NCBI GenBank assembly: GCA_021157925.1
Contig: JAGGVR010000147.1
Coordinates: forward strand, 1-60,836
DNA: 60,836 nucleotides
Reading direction: 5' to 3'
Source of the DNA: Staphylothermus sp.
GTDB taxonomy: Archaea; Thermoproteota; Thermoprotei_A; Sulfolobales; Desulfurococcaceae
The notes below the pieces were generated by a model. The model searched no databases and was not told the DNA's origin. It worked only from the letters and a program-made list of their open reading frames with translations. Position numbers and translations under genes: made by a program. Shown in pieces: positions 37,945-47,159 of this stretch. How positions within the stretch are numbered: position 1 is the stretch's first letter; each line of letters starts with the position of its first letter.

Positions 37945-38951
37945 TGAAGCTTAGAACCGTTTATGGACCTCACATAAGCAGGTGTTTTGGATTATCTCTC
38001 GGAATAGATCCATTGCTTATCCCTAAGAAATGCCCATACGATTGCATTTATTGCCCTTTATCCGTCAAGACTATTAACAAAACATATTCTCCAAAAATCA
38101 TTGTTACTAAAGATAAAATATTATCCGACCTAAGATACTTTATTAATAGCAATCGCGATGTTTTCGAAAATATAGAACACATAATAGTCTGGGGTATGGG
38201 GGATCCTCTCCTTAATTACCATACTCCATTAATAGTTGAAGAGATCAATAAATTATTGATAAATGAGAACAGCTCAGCTAAAATAGTGTTGCGGACAACG
38301 GGTTATTTGATAGATGAGAAATGGGTTTATCCAGTACTTGAAAACACTGATTACATAATAATACCTATAGATGCAGCAGGAGAATACAGGCAAATAATAA
38401 ACAATCCACTAGAGAAACTTAAACTTAAGCAATTAGTTCAAAAAATTAAGTCAATTCCTAAAGTTCTTCGAAACAAGTTCTTTATTGAGATCAATCTTTT
38501 GAGATACAACGGGCTAAGAAATAGTCACCCTAAGATCCTTGACGAGATATTATCATATGTCTCGATGAGCGGAGTGTCAAAAATACTTTTGAAAACAATT
38601 AATAGACCATCATGGAATACGAGGATAAAGCCTGTAAAGGGAAGAGTTTTCGAGAAAGCAAGAGAATACCTAGAGAATAATGGATATAAAGTATTTGCTT
38701 GTATTGAGAAACCCCTGAAGAAGAAAATAATCATTAAATCAGATCTTGAGGAAGCAATCCTTAATCATTTACTACGTAAGCCTTTAAGTAGCGAAGAGAT
38801 ACAGAGGATCTATGGGTTAAGAGGAATAATCACTGCCGAGAAATTGGTTGAAGCAAATCTCGTTGAAAAGATTAATTGGTTGAACAAGATATATTTTAGA
38901 GCGAGACATAGCTTAGATTTGTATAATTACCTGATAGAAACAGGTGGATGA
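37944..38951 (+). CDS. Radical SAM domain protein of unknown specificity
   Basis: KKCPYDCIYCPL (CxxxCxxC). Its start overlaps the upstream stop by 1 nt (TAATG). Confidence 0.7.
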   Translation: MKLRTVYGPHISRCFGLSLGIDPLLIPKKCPYDCIYCPLSVKTINKTYSPKIIVTKDKILSDLRYFINSNRDVFENIEHIIVWGMGDPLLNYHTPLIVEEINKLLINENSSAKIVLRTTGYLIDEKWVYPVLENTDYIIIPIDAAGEYRQIINNPLEKLKLKQLVQKIKSIPKVLRNKFFIEINLLRYNGLRNSHPKILDEILSYVSMSGVSKILLKTINRPSWNTRIKPVKGRVFEKAREYLENNGYKVFACIEKPLKKKIIIKSDLEEAILNHLLRKPLSSEEIQRIYGLRGIITAEKLVEANLVEKINWLNKIYFRARHSLDLYNYLIETGG

Positions 38952-39144
38952 CGTGGAGAATAGTATAGAGGCAAAGATCGAGGAATTAGAGAAGAGATTA
39001 AATGGTCTTGAGAAACGTGTTGAACGAATAGAGAGAATTATTGATGAGGTCTTTGTTTTCCTGCGTTCTCTTTCCTAGATTTTTTCAAATAAATAGCTAT
39101 TAATTCAAATATAAGAGCCAGTATTGCGAAGACAAATGCTAGTA

Positions 39145-41115
39145 CTAACCAGGGGTTTTCACTAAGCGTACTATATCCTCCCCCCTTCTAACAATATATG
39201 CTATACCTGTTGGAAGCTCTACAATTGCTTCATCAGGTATGAGTCCGTATGTTTCGATCTCGTTCCAACCTGGAACTAGGTCGTGTACTATCGTATACTC
39301 AGCTGTTTTTGAGCGCAATACAATTTTAGCTGCCCTAATGCTTATTGGAGACCAAACATAAGAGGTTTCGCCGATCACTCTTAGATATAATGGGAGTATA
39401 TCATAATCGACTTTAAACTTTGTTCTAAGTTCTTCTCCATACTTCTTCCTTCTAAGCCATGCTGAAATATTAATTATCGTCTCATAGACACCCATTTTAG
39501 CCCATAAGACATACAATGGAACAATATGTTTGCCTGGCTTAAGATTCCTTAATACATTTGTTGTAGCATAGATGTATCCATCAACATTTGTCATAGTCAC
39601 ATATAGTTCTTCGATAGGAGATACTAGTTCGAAGGATAGTGGAATAAATGCTCCTATCTCGCTAGGTACTATTGTTGATTGTATGGATAGTTTCCTGAAT
39701 AAGCTTTCCAGCTCTGCAACTGATATATTGAGATCAGTTAATATTGGTAGGAAACCAGCTACTTCTACCATGAGCCTCGTAGTATATTTTCCAGGCTTTG
39801 TCCCATGGTCGGATATTACTAGTTTATTCTCGCTAATACCTATTTTTAGCCTTGGGGGAGCTGGTTTAACTATCTTGATCTTGGGAATTACTTCTTCCAA
39901 TTCTATCTCAGCTGTCCCTCCAGATGTTATCTCAACATCTTTTAGTTTAAATACTACGTTCTCGCTATAAGTAGCATATGCTACTCTAGGTATCCCGCCT
40001 GGAGTAGTATATCCTATTAATATGTCTTCTCCCTGTATAGTTATTCCGTTTATTGAGCCGGGTATCTTATATTCTGTTGTTTTCTTAAATCCTGTGGTTT
40101 CTCTTATGTAGAGGTGAAGTATGTCATCGTGTGCAACGAGTAGGTATTTATCAGACATTGAACAAGCAGTGATCTTGTCGGGTACATGCTTAGTCCAGAT
40201 AACATCTCCGCTAAGAGCATCTAGTACATATATATCGTTATCTGTATATGCAAGTAATACTTCCTCACGTGTATAAATGTAAGGTGTTCTAACAGGTAAA
40301 CCGAATTTCTTTGACCAAATAATTCTCTTATCTTTTAAGCTAAATCCAATTAGCTCAATGGAGTTATTGAGAACTATGATCTCATCACTAATATTGTAGT
40401 ATACAATACTGTTTGGTATAAGATGTGTTCTAGGGATATGAGTTCTTGATAACTTGTATTTCTTAATGGAGCCATCCCATAACATAAAGTATAGTATAAT
40501 GTCTTTATCCCTAAGATCCATGTATGAGAACCATAATCCATTCCATCCACTTGATATTAATTTATTGTATTCTTTTCTGCTGTATTTTGACTCTCTTTTT
40601 TGATATATAAGATGATCTTTGCAACGTGTGCCAGGAGCACCACCCGTATGAACTACTGCTACAATATTATATCCAGCTATTCCGAGATCTACATGCTCTA
40701 TTCTACACTTCTTTTTGGATAAGAATCCTTTCTCAACATCTGTTATTCTATAAATTGTTCTTTTACCCTCAATGATCACGAAAGCATGTGAACCATCTAT
40801 GAGTTTCACTGCTAATGCATGATGCAGTCCATTAAATATTACTCCATAAAGTGATCCATATATTGGTGTAATACTCAAGTCATTCAATAATAAATGAGTA
40901 ACACCAGATACTGTTTTAACGTATGTTCTATAAAGCTTACCCCCACTAGTATATACAAAAGCCCTACTATAAGATAATCCTGGAAAAGGTTCTTCAGTTC
41001 CTGCTCTAAACACATAAATATTTCTCGGAGGAGCGGGATCTGGTTCTTCACCGATAGGCTTATCCTCAATAATCATTGGTGTAACAAACAATTTTTCCCT
41101 AGTAGTACTTGACAT
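39145..41115 (-). CDS. Orphan beta-propeller-like (PQQ/BamB-type repeat) protein with C-terminal Ig-like region. A TM anchor is encoded out of frame downstream.
   Basis: Repeats such as DKRIIWSKKFG and SGDVIWTKHV. No N-terminal signal peptide. See the finding on the -1 frame extension to 39038. Confidence 0.6.
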   Translation of the reverse strand: MSSTTREKLFVTPMIIEDKPIGEEPDPAPPRNIYVFRAGTEEPFPGLSYSRAFVYTSGGKLYRTYVKTVSGVTHLLLNDLSITPIYGSLYGVIFNGLHHALAVKLIDGSHAFVIIEGKRTIYRITDVEKGFLSKKKCRIEHVDLGIAGYNIVAVVHTGGAPGTRCKDHLIYQKRESKYSRKEYNKLISSGWNGLWFSYMDLRDKDIILYFMLWDGSIKKYKLSRTHIPRTHLIPNSIVYYNISDEIIVLNNSIELIGFSLKDKRIIWSKKFGLPVRTPYIYTREEVLLAYTDNDIYVLDALSGDVIWTKHVPDKITACSMSDKYLLVAHDDILHLYIRETTGFKKTTEYKIPGSINGITIQGEDILIGYTTPGGIPRVAYATYSENVVFKLKDVEITSGGTAEIELEEVIPKIKIVKPAPPRLKIGISENKLVISDHGTKPGKYTTRLMVEVAGFLPILTDLNISVAELESLFRKLSIQSTIVPSEIGAFIPLSFELVSPIEELYVTMTNVDGYIYATTNVLRNLKPGKHIVPLYVLWAKMGVYETIINISAWLRRKKYGEELRTKFKVDYDILPLYLRVIGETSYVWSPISIRAAKIVLRSKTAEYTIVHDLVPGWNEIETYGLIPDEAIVELPTGIAYIVRRGEDIVRLVKTPG

Positions 41116-41264
41116 GCTTTATCACACGCTTCACTAATTAGAATAACTGTATCTATACATTAATTATTAAGTAAGACTAACATATAATAACTGTACTGTT
41201 CAACTATTTTTGGAATACGTATTTTTACTATAATAGAAGTATTATTGAATAGGGGGTTTCATAA

Positions 41265-42404
41265 TTGCCTGTTAAAAACCTTTGGTCAAGAACACTGCAG
41301 AGAAACTGCAGAATAGACGCTATAAGATATCAATATGAGTGGATCGAGCTACGCCTTTATTGCAGAGAACAATACCTAAATTATAGAATAAATTCTATAA
41401 GTGGAAAGGTTGAGATAAGAAGATTAGATCACGTTCCTCTCAGAGGAACAGTTGATCATAGGAGAGAGTTTCATACACTCATTTGTTATAGGGGATTAGA
41501 GAACCGTGCATGGACTAGAATAGTAAAAGTTGTGAACGCAAAAATGGTTTGTAGGAAAGACATATGTGTAGCAGCACTAGCCAAGCCAGGATTAATTCTA
41601 GAAATAAACATATTTAGCGGTAACGGTGAATTACTTGAGAGGTTCACAATTAGTAGTGTCATAGATTTCAAAATAGTAGCCTCCGATAACCTAATAGTAG
41701 TGACTACTAGGGGTATTAGAAAGCAGGGAACAATATCCCTCGTTATAGATAGCTCGACAGGCTCGATTATAGAGCACTTAACAGGATTTGGTGGTAATGC
41801 AGTAGCTAATATTGACTATGTATTGATATGTGGTGAACACGAGGGAAAAATGATCACACAAGGCTACAATAATGACGGCGAGGAAATAATTCCTGGTGGA
41901 GAAGAAGGAATACCTGTTCTTACGCCATTTAATCCGTTTCCAGTAATGATGCACGATCAAGCTAGTATGTTTGAGTCAAAGCAGATAATATTAATGGGAA
42001 AGAATGAGCTTAAATTATATAATCCCGAAGAGTTTTTAGTAGAATACACGTTTATTAGGCCCCCATTTACTAGAGGGGTTCTTAACCTGAATATTCACGA
42101 AAACACAGCATCAGTAGTGGCAAGGATCATGGGGCGACCCGTTATTGCAACGTATGACATAAATGGTAAAATACTGTGGGTTAGTCATTCCGTCAGAAAC
42201 TTAATATATTCATTAATAACATCAGAGATCGTTGGAATGGCTATAAAAGAAGACGGTATTTGGAAGACAAAAGTATATCGCATCAAAGGAAATAGCTTGG
42301 AATTAGAAGAAATATTTGCTCCAAATGTGTTCCCTATATATGCTCGTAAAGACAATATAATAGTAACTGATGGTAATGTTGTAGCACTATATCGCGTGGA
42401 GTGA
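41265..42404 (+). CDS. Orphan protein, probably beta-propeller-like; divergent partner of 39145..41115
   Basis: TTG start 8 nt after GGGGGT. Repeats such as NGKILWVSHSV and NIIVTDGNVVALYRV echo the neighbour. Confidence 0.5.
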   Translation: MPVKNLWSRTLQRNCRIDAIRYQYEWIELRLYCREQYLNYRINSISGKVEIRRLDHVPLRGTVDHRREFHTLICYRGLENRAWTRIVKVVNAKMVCRKDICVAALAKPGLILEINIFSGNGELLERFTISSVIDFKIVASDNLIVVTTRGIRKQGTISLVIDSSTGSIIEHLTGFGGNAVANIDYVLICGEHEGKMITQGYNNDGEEIIPGGEEGIPVLTPFNPFPVMMHDQASMFESKQIILMGKNELKLYNPEEFLVEYTFIRPPFTRGVLNLNIHENTASVVARIMGRPVIATYDINGKILWVSHSVRNLIYSLITSEIVGMAIKEDGIWKTKVYRIKGNSLELEEIFAPNVFPIYARKDNIIVTDGNVVALYRVE

Positions 42405-42411
42405 AGGAATT

Positions 42412-43584
42412 GTGGATACTGGCAGCCTCGTAGTAGACATAGTATTGTTACTTATGATCGCGAAGCTCCTCGAACTTCCCCTCAGAAAGCAACACTTACA
42501 CCCTATCGCTGGTCATGTAATCGCAGGACTAGTGCTTGGGCCATATGTGCTTGGATGGATAAAACCAACTAGCGAGTTGCTAGGGATAGCTTATCTCGGG
42601 CTACTTCTCCTAATGTTCTATACAGGGATAACTACTGATTTCAGAGAATTGAGGAGAAGAAACGTAGAAGTCATAGTTATGGGTGGGATGGGAGTATTAG
42701 CTACTTTTACACTAATATACATCGTGTTATCGCTAATGGGAATAACTGGTTTACCAGCAGTTTTCGTAGCAGCTGCATTATCAAATACTGCTACAGAAAC
42801 TGTTGCTGGAATAGTTGCTAGAAAAGGAGATACCAAGACAAAATCATTGCTTGTCGGTGCTAGCTTCGTTGATGATGTTATGGCTGTTTTCATCATAGGC
42901 ATATTAGCGGGGCTTGGGACAACAGGCACTATACAATTATGGGATATACTGCTATTATCATGTAAAACACTTTTATTTCTCTTCCTCGTATTCTATATCA
43001 GCCACTTACTCGTTACTCGTTTCACAAGCTTTTATAGATTCATAAGCCAAGACTACTTCTGGTTCGCTACAGCATCTGTATTATTAGCTCTAGGCCTGGC
43101 TGTATTAGCAAAGTTTTCTGGTTTAAGCGAGTTAATAGGATCATATCTAGCGGGAATACTTATCAGTAGGGGTAGAGAATATCATGACCCTATGCTCCGT
43201 ACAAGAATAGCTATTTCTGAATTCATAGGAGATTTCACAGTAGTACTAGATGTAATATTTATTCCATTATTCTTCACTTATATTGGATTGTCATATGCTC
43301 CAATGATGGTAGATCCAATATACTTCTTTATCTTATTATCACTAGCTATTCTAGGAAAATTTATAGGCACAACCCCGATCGCATATTATGCCTTAAGAGA
43401 CAAGAGGAAAAGCATAGCAATAGGCTTAGCCATGAGTGGAAGAGGCGCTCTCGAAACAGCCTTGCTAAAGCTCGGGCTAGACTATGGTATAATTAACTCA
43501 TTACTCTTCAACACAGCCATAACAGTATCGATCACAACAACTATAGTTGCACCGCTTCTCTACTCATTAGCGTATAAGAAATGA
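42412..43584 (+). CDS. Cation:proton antiporter (CPA2/Kef/NapA-like Na+/H+ exchanger family)
   Basis: 390 aa with about 11-12 TM segments. N-terminal ..LLELPLRKQHLHPIAGHVIAGLVLGP.., typical of the family. Confidence 0.8.
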   Translation: MDTGSLVVDIVLLLMIAKLLELPLRKQHLHPIAGHVIAGLVLGPYVLGWIKPTSELLGIAYLGLLLLMFYTGITTDFRELRRRNVEVIVMGGMGVLATFTLIYIVLSLMGITGLPAVFVAAALSNTATETVAGIVARKGDTKTKSLLVGASFVDDVMAVFIIGILAGLGTTGTIQLWDILLLSCKTLLFLFLVFYISHLLVTRFTSFYRFISQDYFWFATASVLLALGLAVLAKFSGLSELIGSYLAGILISRGREYHDPMLRTRIAISEFIGDFTVVLDVIFIPLFFTYIGLSYAPMMVDPIYFFILLSLAILGKFIGTTPIAYYALRDKRKSIAIGLAMSGRGALETALLKLGLDYGIINSLLFNTAITVSITTTIVAPLLYSLAYKK

Positions 43585-43650
43585 TCAGCCAGGCCCGTCA
43601 ACTCATCCCCTCACACTCATAGGGTCGTCCCTTCCAAGCCTCATCCTCTC
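43583..43650 (-). ncRNA. Weak candidate C/D box-like sRNA immediately 3' of pheT
   Basis: The minus strand reads GGAUGA-N12-ACGA-N16-GGAUGA-N14-CUGA. The C and C' boxes are variant (GGAUGA), D' is degenerate, and the spacings are off-consensus. Confidence 0.3.
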
Positions 43651-43659
43651 AACAAAGCA

Positions 43660-45330
43660 TTATCTCCTTAAAACCATTAATAACTTATTCAATATTATTT
43701 CTGATACAACAACAGGTTTATCATGCCTTATTCTAAGCAGTACTCTAGGATGAATCTCGCCAACATAGCCTATTTCAATATTATCAATACATATTTTAGC
43801 TGTTCTCCGAGGCAGCAATCCCTTAATTACTGCTTTTTCGTAACGCGGGATAAGACCGAGTCTCTCCATGAGAGTTGATACAATGGCTAAACCATTGGTT
43901 AATGTAGCTTTTCTATGTGAAACAGCTATTCCTAGTCTTCTCTCAATTCTAGCACCAGTATCAGTAGATTTATCTGGAATAGCTACATCGCCGATCTCGA
44001 AGATCCTGATCTCCGCCTCTTTCTCCTTATTGGCATCAATGATCTCTAATAATCCTGGGACAAGCCATCTACGCAGACTTGTATATTTTTCCATTTTTGG
44101 ATTAGTAATAGTGATCAACTCATCTTCCATGTCAAAGATTCTTAATTGTATTTCGGGATTAGACATCATATAATTAACTACTTCTATGAACCCCATACCT
44201 ACAAGGATTTTTCTTAGAAGTCTAGAGAGGAATTCCAATGGATGAATTCTACCAGGATGAGTTGCTTTTGGTAAATCATATGCTGTAGAACCTATTGTAT
44301 CGTATCCATAAGCCATAGCTATATCTTCGGCAACATCGATCCAAGACTTCACGTCCACTCTATAAGGTGGTATTGTAACAATTAATTGTTCTTTTTGACT
44401 ATTAGTTATTTTGTAATCGAATTTCTTGAGGAGTTCAATCATTTGTTCTATATCTAAACCGGTTCCCAATACATCATTCACTTTACTGGGAACGATCTCG
44501 ATAGATACTCCTTTTTCTCTAGGTGCTTTTAACACAGTATTGTCTGGCATAATAGCTTCTACAAATACTATTTTCTTCCCTCTTGATCTCTCGGCTATAT
44601 TATAAGCCATAATAGTTACCATGTCAATAACTGTCTTTGGATCTATACCTGTAGCATCTATAATCACGTTTTTAGTCTCTACAGTAACTCGTGTATCCTC
44701 ACTATTAATGATCGGGGGCATTGATAGAATTGTGCCTTCAGAGTCTCTTAGAATAGGGTATTTTTCCCAATTAGCTATAATGTGTCCGTACTCTTTCCCC
44801 CTAACAGTGTTTGTTAATATTTCTTTAAGTGTCATTTCTCTGGATTCATCTAGTGGTGTGAACTTAGTGTCGGGATCAGCCAATTCATAGTAGAGTGGAG
44901 GCTTTATTTTGTCGAGGTCATATACTCCAATACTTGCCTTCCTCCTTCTCCTACAATATGTCATATGGAGTTTTTCCTGTAGTTGCATCATTTGTTTAAC
45001 GGCTTCATCGTCCAGATCCAGATCTCTGACTACAGCTAAGGCTATATATGGTCTTCCAGGAACACCTGTATTGTATGCTTTTAATCCCTCATCAACTAAT
45101 TGATACTTGTTCTCACCCAAGCCAAGAAAAGATCTAAGGCTTCTCGCTACCCCTTCCACACTATAGAGATCGGGTCTGTCATGTGTAGCTTCATACTCTA
45201 TTTCTCCTTCCTCAGAAATACTATCTACTTCACATTTGATCCTTGGGAGATAATCAAGTATTTCATCTATTGAGAGCACTTTTCCTAGTAATCGTTCAAG
45301 ATCCCACTTCGTTATTTTTATTACTGGCAT
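43660..45330 (-). CDS. pheT: Phenylalanine--tRNA ligase beta subunit (archaeal type)
   Basis: MPVIKITKWDLERLLGK.. N-terminus, B3/4 and B5-like regions, and 556 aa, typical of archaeal PheT. Confidence 0.9.
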   Translation of the reverse strand: MPVIKITKWDLERLLGKVLSIDEILDYLPRIKCEVDSISEEGEIEYEATHDRPDLYSVEGVARSLRSFLGLGENKYQLVDEGLKAYNTGVPGRPYIALAVVRDLDLDDEAVKQMMQLQEKLHMTYCRRRRKASIGVYDLDKIKPPLYYELADPDTKFTPLDESREMTLKEILTNTVRGKEYGHIIANWEKYPILRDSEGTILSMPPIINSEDTRVTVETKNVIIDATGIDPKTVIDMVTIMAYNIAERSRGKKIVFVEAIMPDNTVLKAPREKGVSIEIVPSKVNDVLGTGLDIEQMIELLKKFDYKITNSQKEQLIVTIPPYRVDVKSWIDVAEDIAMAYGYDTIGSTAYDLPKATHPGRIHPLEFLSRLLRKILVGMGFIEVVNYMMSNPEIQLRIFDMEDELITITNPKMEKYTSLRRWLVPGLLEIIDANKEKEAEIRIFEIGDVAIPDKSTDTGARIERRLGIAVSHRKATLTNGLAIVSTLMERLGLIPRYEKAVIKGLLPRRTAKICIDNIEIGYVGEIHPRVLLRIRHDKPVVVSEIILNKLLMVLRR

Positions 45331-45418
45331 TTCTTTTCAACACCTATAACTTGTAATACATGTGCTTTAAGAGATAAAAATTGTTGTTTAAATTATTTGT
45401 TTAAATAGGTATTAATTA

Positions 45419-47083
45419 TTAGATCTTGATGTTAGACTTTATTATTTCCCATACTTTTTTCAATTGTTTTTCTTCTTTTTTCTTCATTGGAATCAGTAAT
45501 TCTGCTTTATAGTGTTTTATATGTTCTTTTGATCCTATTTTCTCAGCCATAAATGCATATACTGCTAAATATGTATATGCGCCTGAGATCTTTATTGTTT
45601 TTAGATATTCCTCTCTACCAATTATCTTATATATTTTTCTACCGAGTAGTGGTGTTTCGATTAATGGTTCTTCTAGTTTAGTTATAAGAGGTTTCTTGAT
45701 GAGGTATCTTGATAGGTATGATAAGCTGAATTCGTTTCGAATGGCTTGGCTCCGATACCATGTCTTTACATAGTTTTCATAGAGTTTCCTATATTCTTCT
45801 ATCTTGTCTCGTTTCTTAAAGTAGAGTTCAGCTGCTAGGATCGCAGATATACTTGTATAGGCTACACTTTTTGGATCTATTGTCTCGGGAGTATCTTTGT
45901 CTGTGTGATAGTATTTGCTAGGCCATTCATTGTACATGACCGAATCTATGGCCCATCCAATGAAAACGTCGTGATCGCTCCCCATAGTATATGGGGATAT
46001 ACCGTATCTTATTCCTGGCTGAGCTATGTTACTGAAGCTTTTAACACTATCAAAGACTTTCTGCATAGAAATCCATGTAACAGCAGGAATTTCTGAGTAC
46101 ATGAACCTCGGAGGATTAACTAGTGTAAGTGTGCTATTTGTTATATATTGCTTAGAACCAATCATGTCTAGGTTTATCACAGCTAATGGTCTCCAAGGAA
46201 GATACTTGTCAAGGAAAACTGTACCAGTATATTCTGGTACCCATACATTACAATAGCTATAATTTGTTTCCTTCTTGGACAGAGTTTCTGCGATCAAGAT
46301 ATTAGCTGTTGAACCACTAGCATTATCATGTGCTCCTGGCTTGGGGTGACAAATATGGCTAATAAATACGATTCCTGGATCACTTCCATTACAAGAAATT
46401 AATACAGGCAAACCTAAGTCATGATAACGTACTTTAGCTTTCCAACAAACCTGTATTTTCTGCTTCTTACCACTAATTGTTTTAGAAATAATCCTTGTGG
46501 CTAAGCTATAAGGTATATTCATAACAACACTCTTCTTCTTATCACCGGGTTTTAGGAACAAACCAGTATATGGGACAGCATCGTGATACCTGCTACTAGT
46601 ATAATATATTATTAAGTCCGCGTCACTTCGTAGATATATGTCGTAGAGATAACCAGTTACTAGAATAGCCCTATCGTCACAGAGTTTTTCACCACAAACC
46701 CTTAGTTCAGAACAGCCTTCTCCACCAGGACTATGAGCAGATAACAAGGTTGGATGATTTTCTAAATCAAATCTCGCAACTAGCTTATCATTGATTTTTA
46801 TCTCTAAACTAGCTTCAATAGGATCCCATGATACAGGTGTGACTATATGTCCTTTCTCAGCGCCACTCTCTACTCTTATAATTCTCGACTCAATCCCTAT
46901 ACTATCAAGGTATTCTTGTATACTTTTAACAGAATCCCATAATCCTTTCGAGCCTTGTAGTCTATGGTGTTTAGTGATCATTGATAATATTTCTTGGGCT
47001 TTTAGAGGCTTAACAAATTTCAATAATTCATTATAGATTTGGTTAATCAAGCCAAGACACCAAGAGGATAATATATAGCTCAA
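45419..47083 (-). CDS. M28-family aminopeptidase-like protein (DUF4910/COG4310-like)
   Basis: HPKPGAHDNASGSTANILIAE (the M28 metal-binding HDNxSG context). Confidence 0.65.
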   Translation of the reverse strand: MSYILSSWCLGLINQIYNELLKFVKPLKAQEILSMITKHHRLQGSKGLWDSVKSIQEYLDSIGIESRIIRVESGAEKGHIVTPVSWDPIEASLEIKINDKLVARFDLENHPTLLSAHSPGGEGCSELRVCGEKLCDDRAILVTGYLYDIYLRSDADLIIYYTSSRYHDAVPYTGLFLKPGDKKKSVVMNIPYSLATRIISKTISGKKQKIQVCWKAKVRYHDLGLPVLISCNGSDPGIVFISHICHPKPGAHDNASGSTANILIAETLSKKETNYSYCNVWVPEYTGTVFLDKYLPWRPLAVINLDMIGSKQYITNSTLTLVNPPRFMYSEIPAVTWISMQKVFDSVKSFSNIAQPGIRYGISPYTMGSDHDVFIGWAIDSVMYNEWPSKYYHTDKDTPETIDPKSVAYTSISAILAAELYFKKRDKIEEYRKLYENYVKTWYRSQAIRNEFSLSYLSRYLIKKPLITKLEEPLIETPLLGRKIYKIIGREEYLKTIKISGAYTYLAVYAFMAEKIGSKEHIKHYKAELLIPMKKKEEKQLKKVWEIIKSNIKI

Positions 47084-47159
47084 ACAATTAATAATTCATC
47101 GATTATATCTTAGAGAAAATTAGAAGGAAAATTTTAGTGATTAAATGAAGCCATGTCTT

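Noticed and set aside
38953-39078. A 41-codon GTG-initiated coiled-coil-like ORF (VENSIEAKIEELEKRLNGLEKRVERIERIIDE..) right after the radical SAM gene.
   Set aside because: It is short and has no SD. It overlaps 39038-39078, which on the other strand encodes the basic tail of the frame-restored membrane anchor of the 656-aa protein. I cannot support it as a gene.
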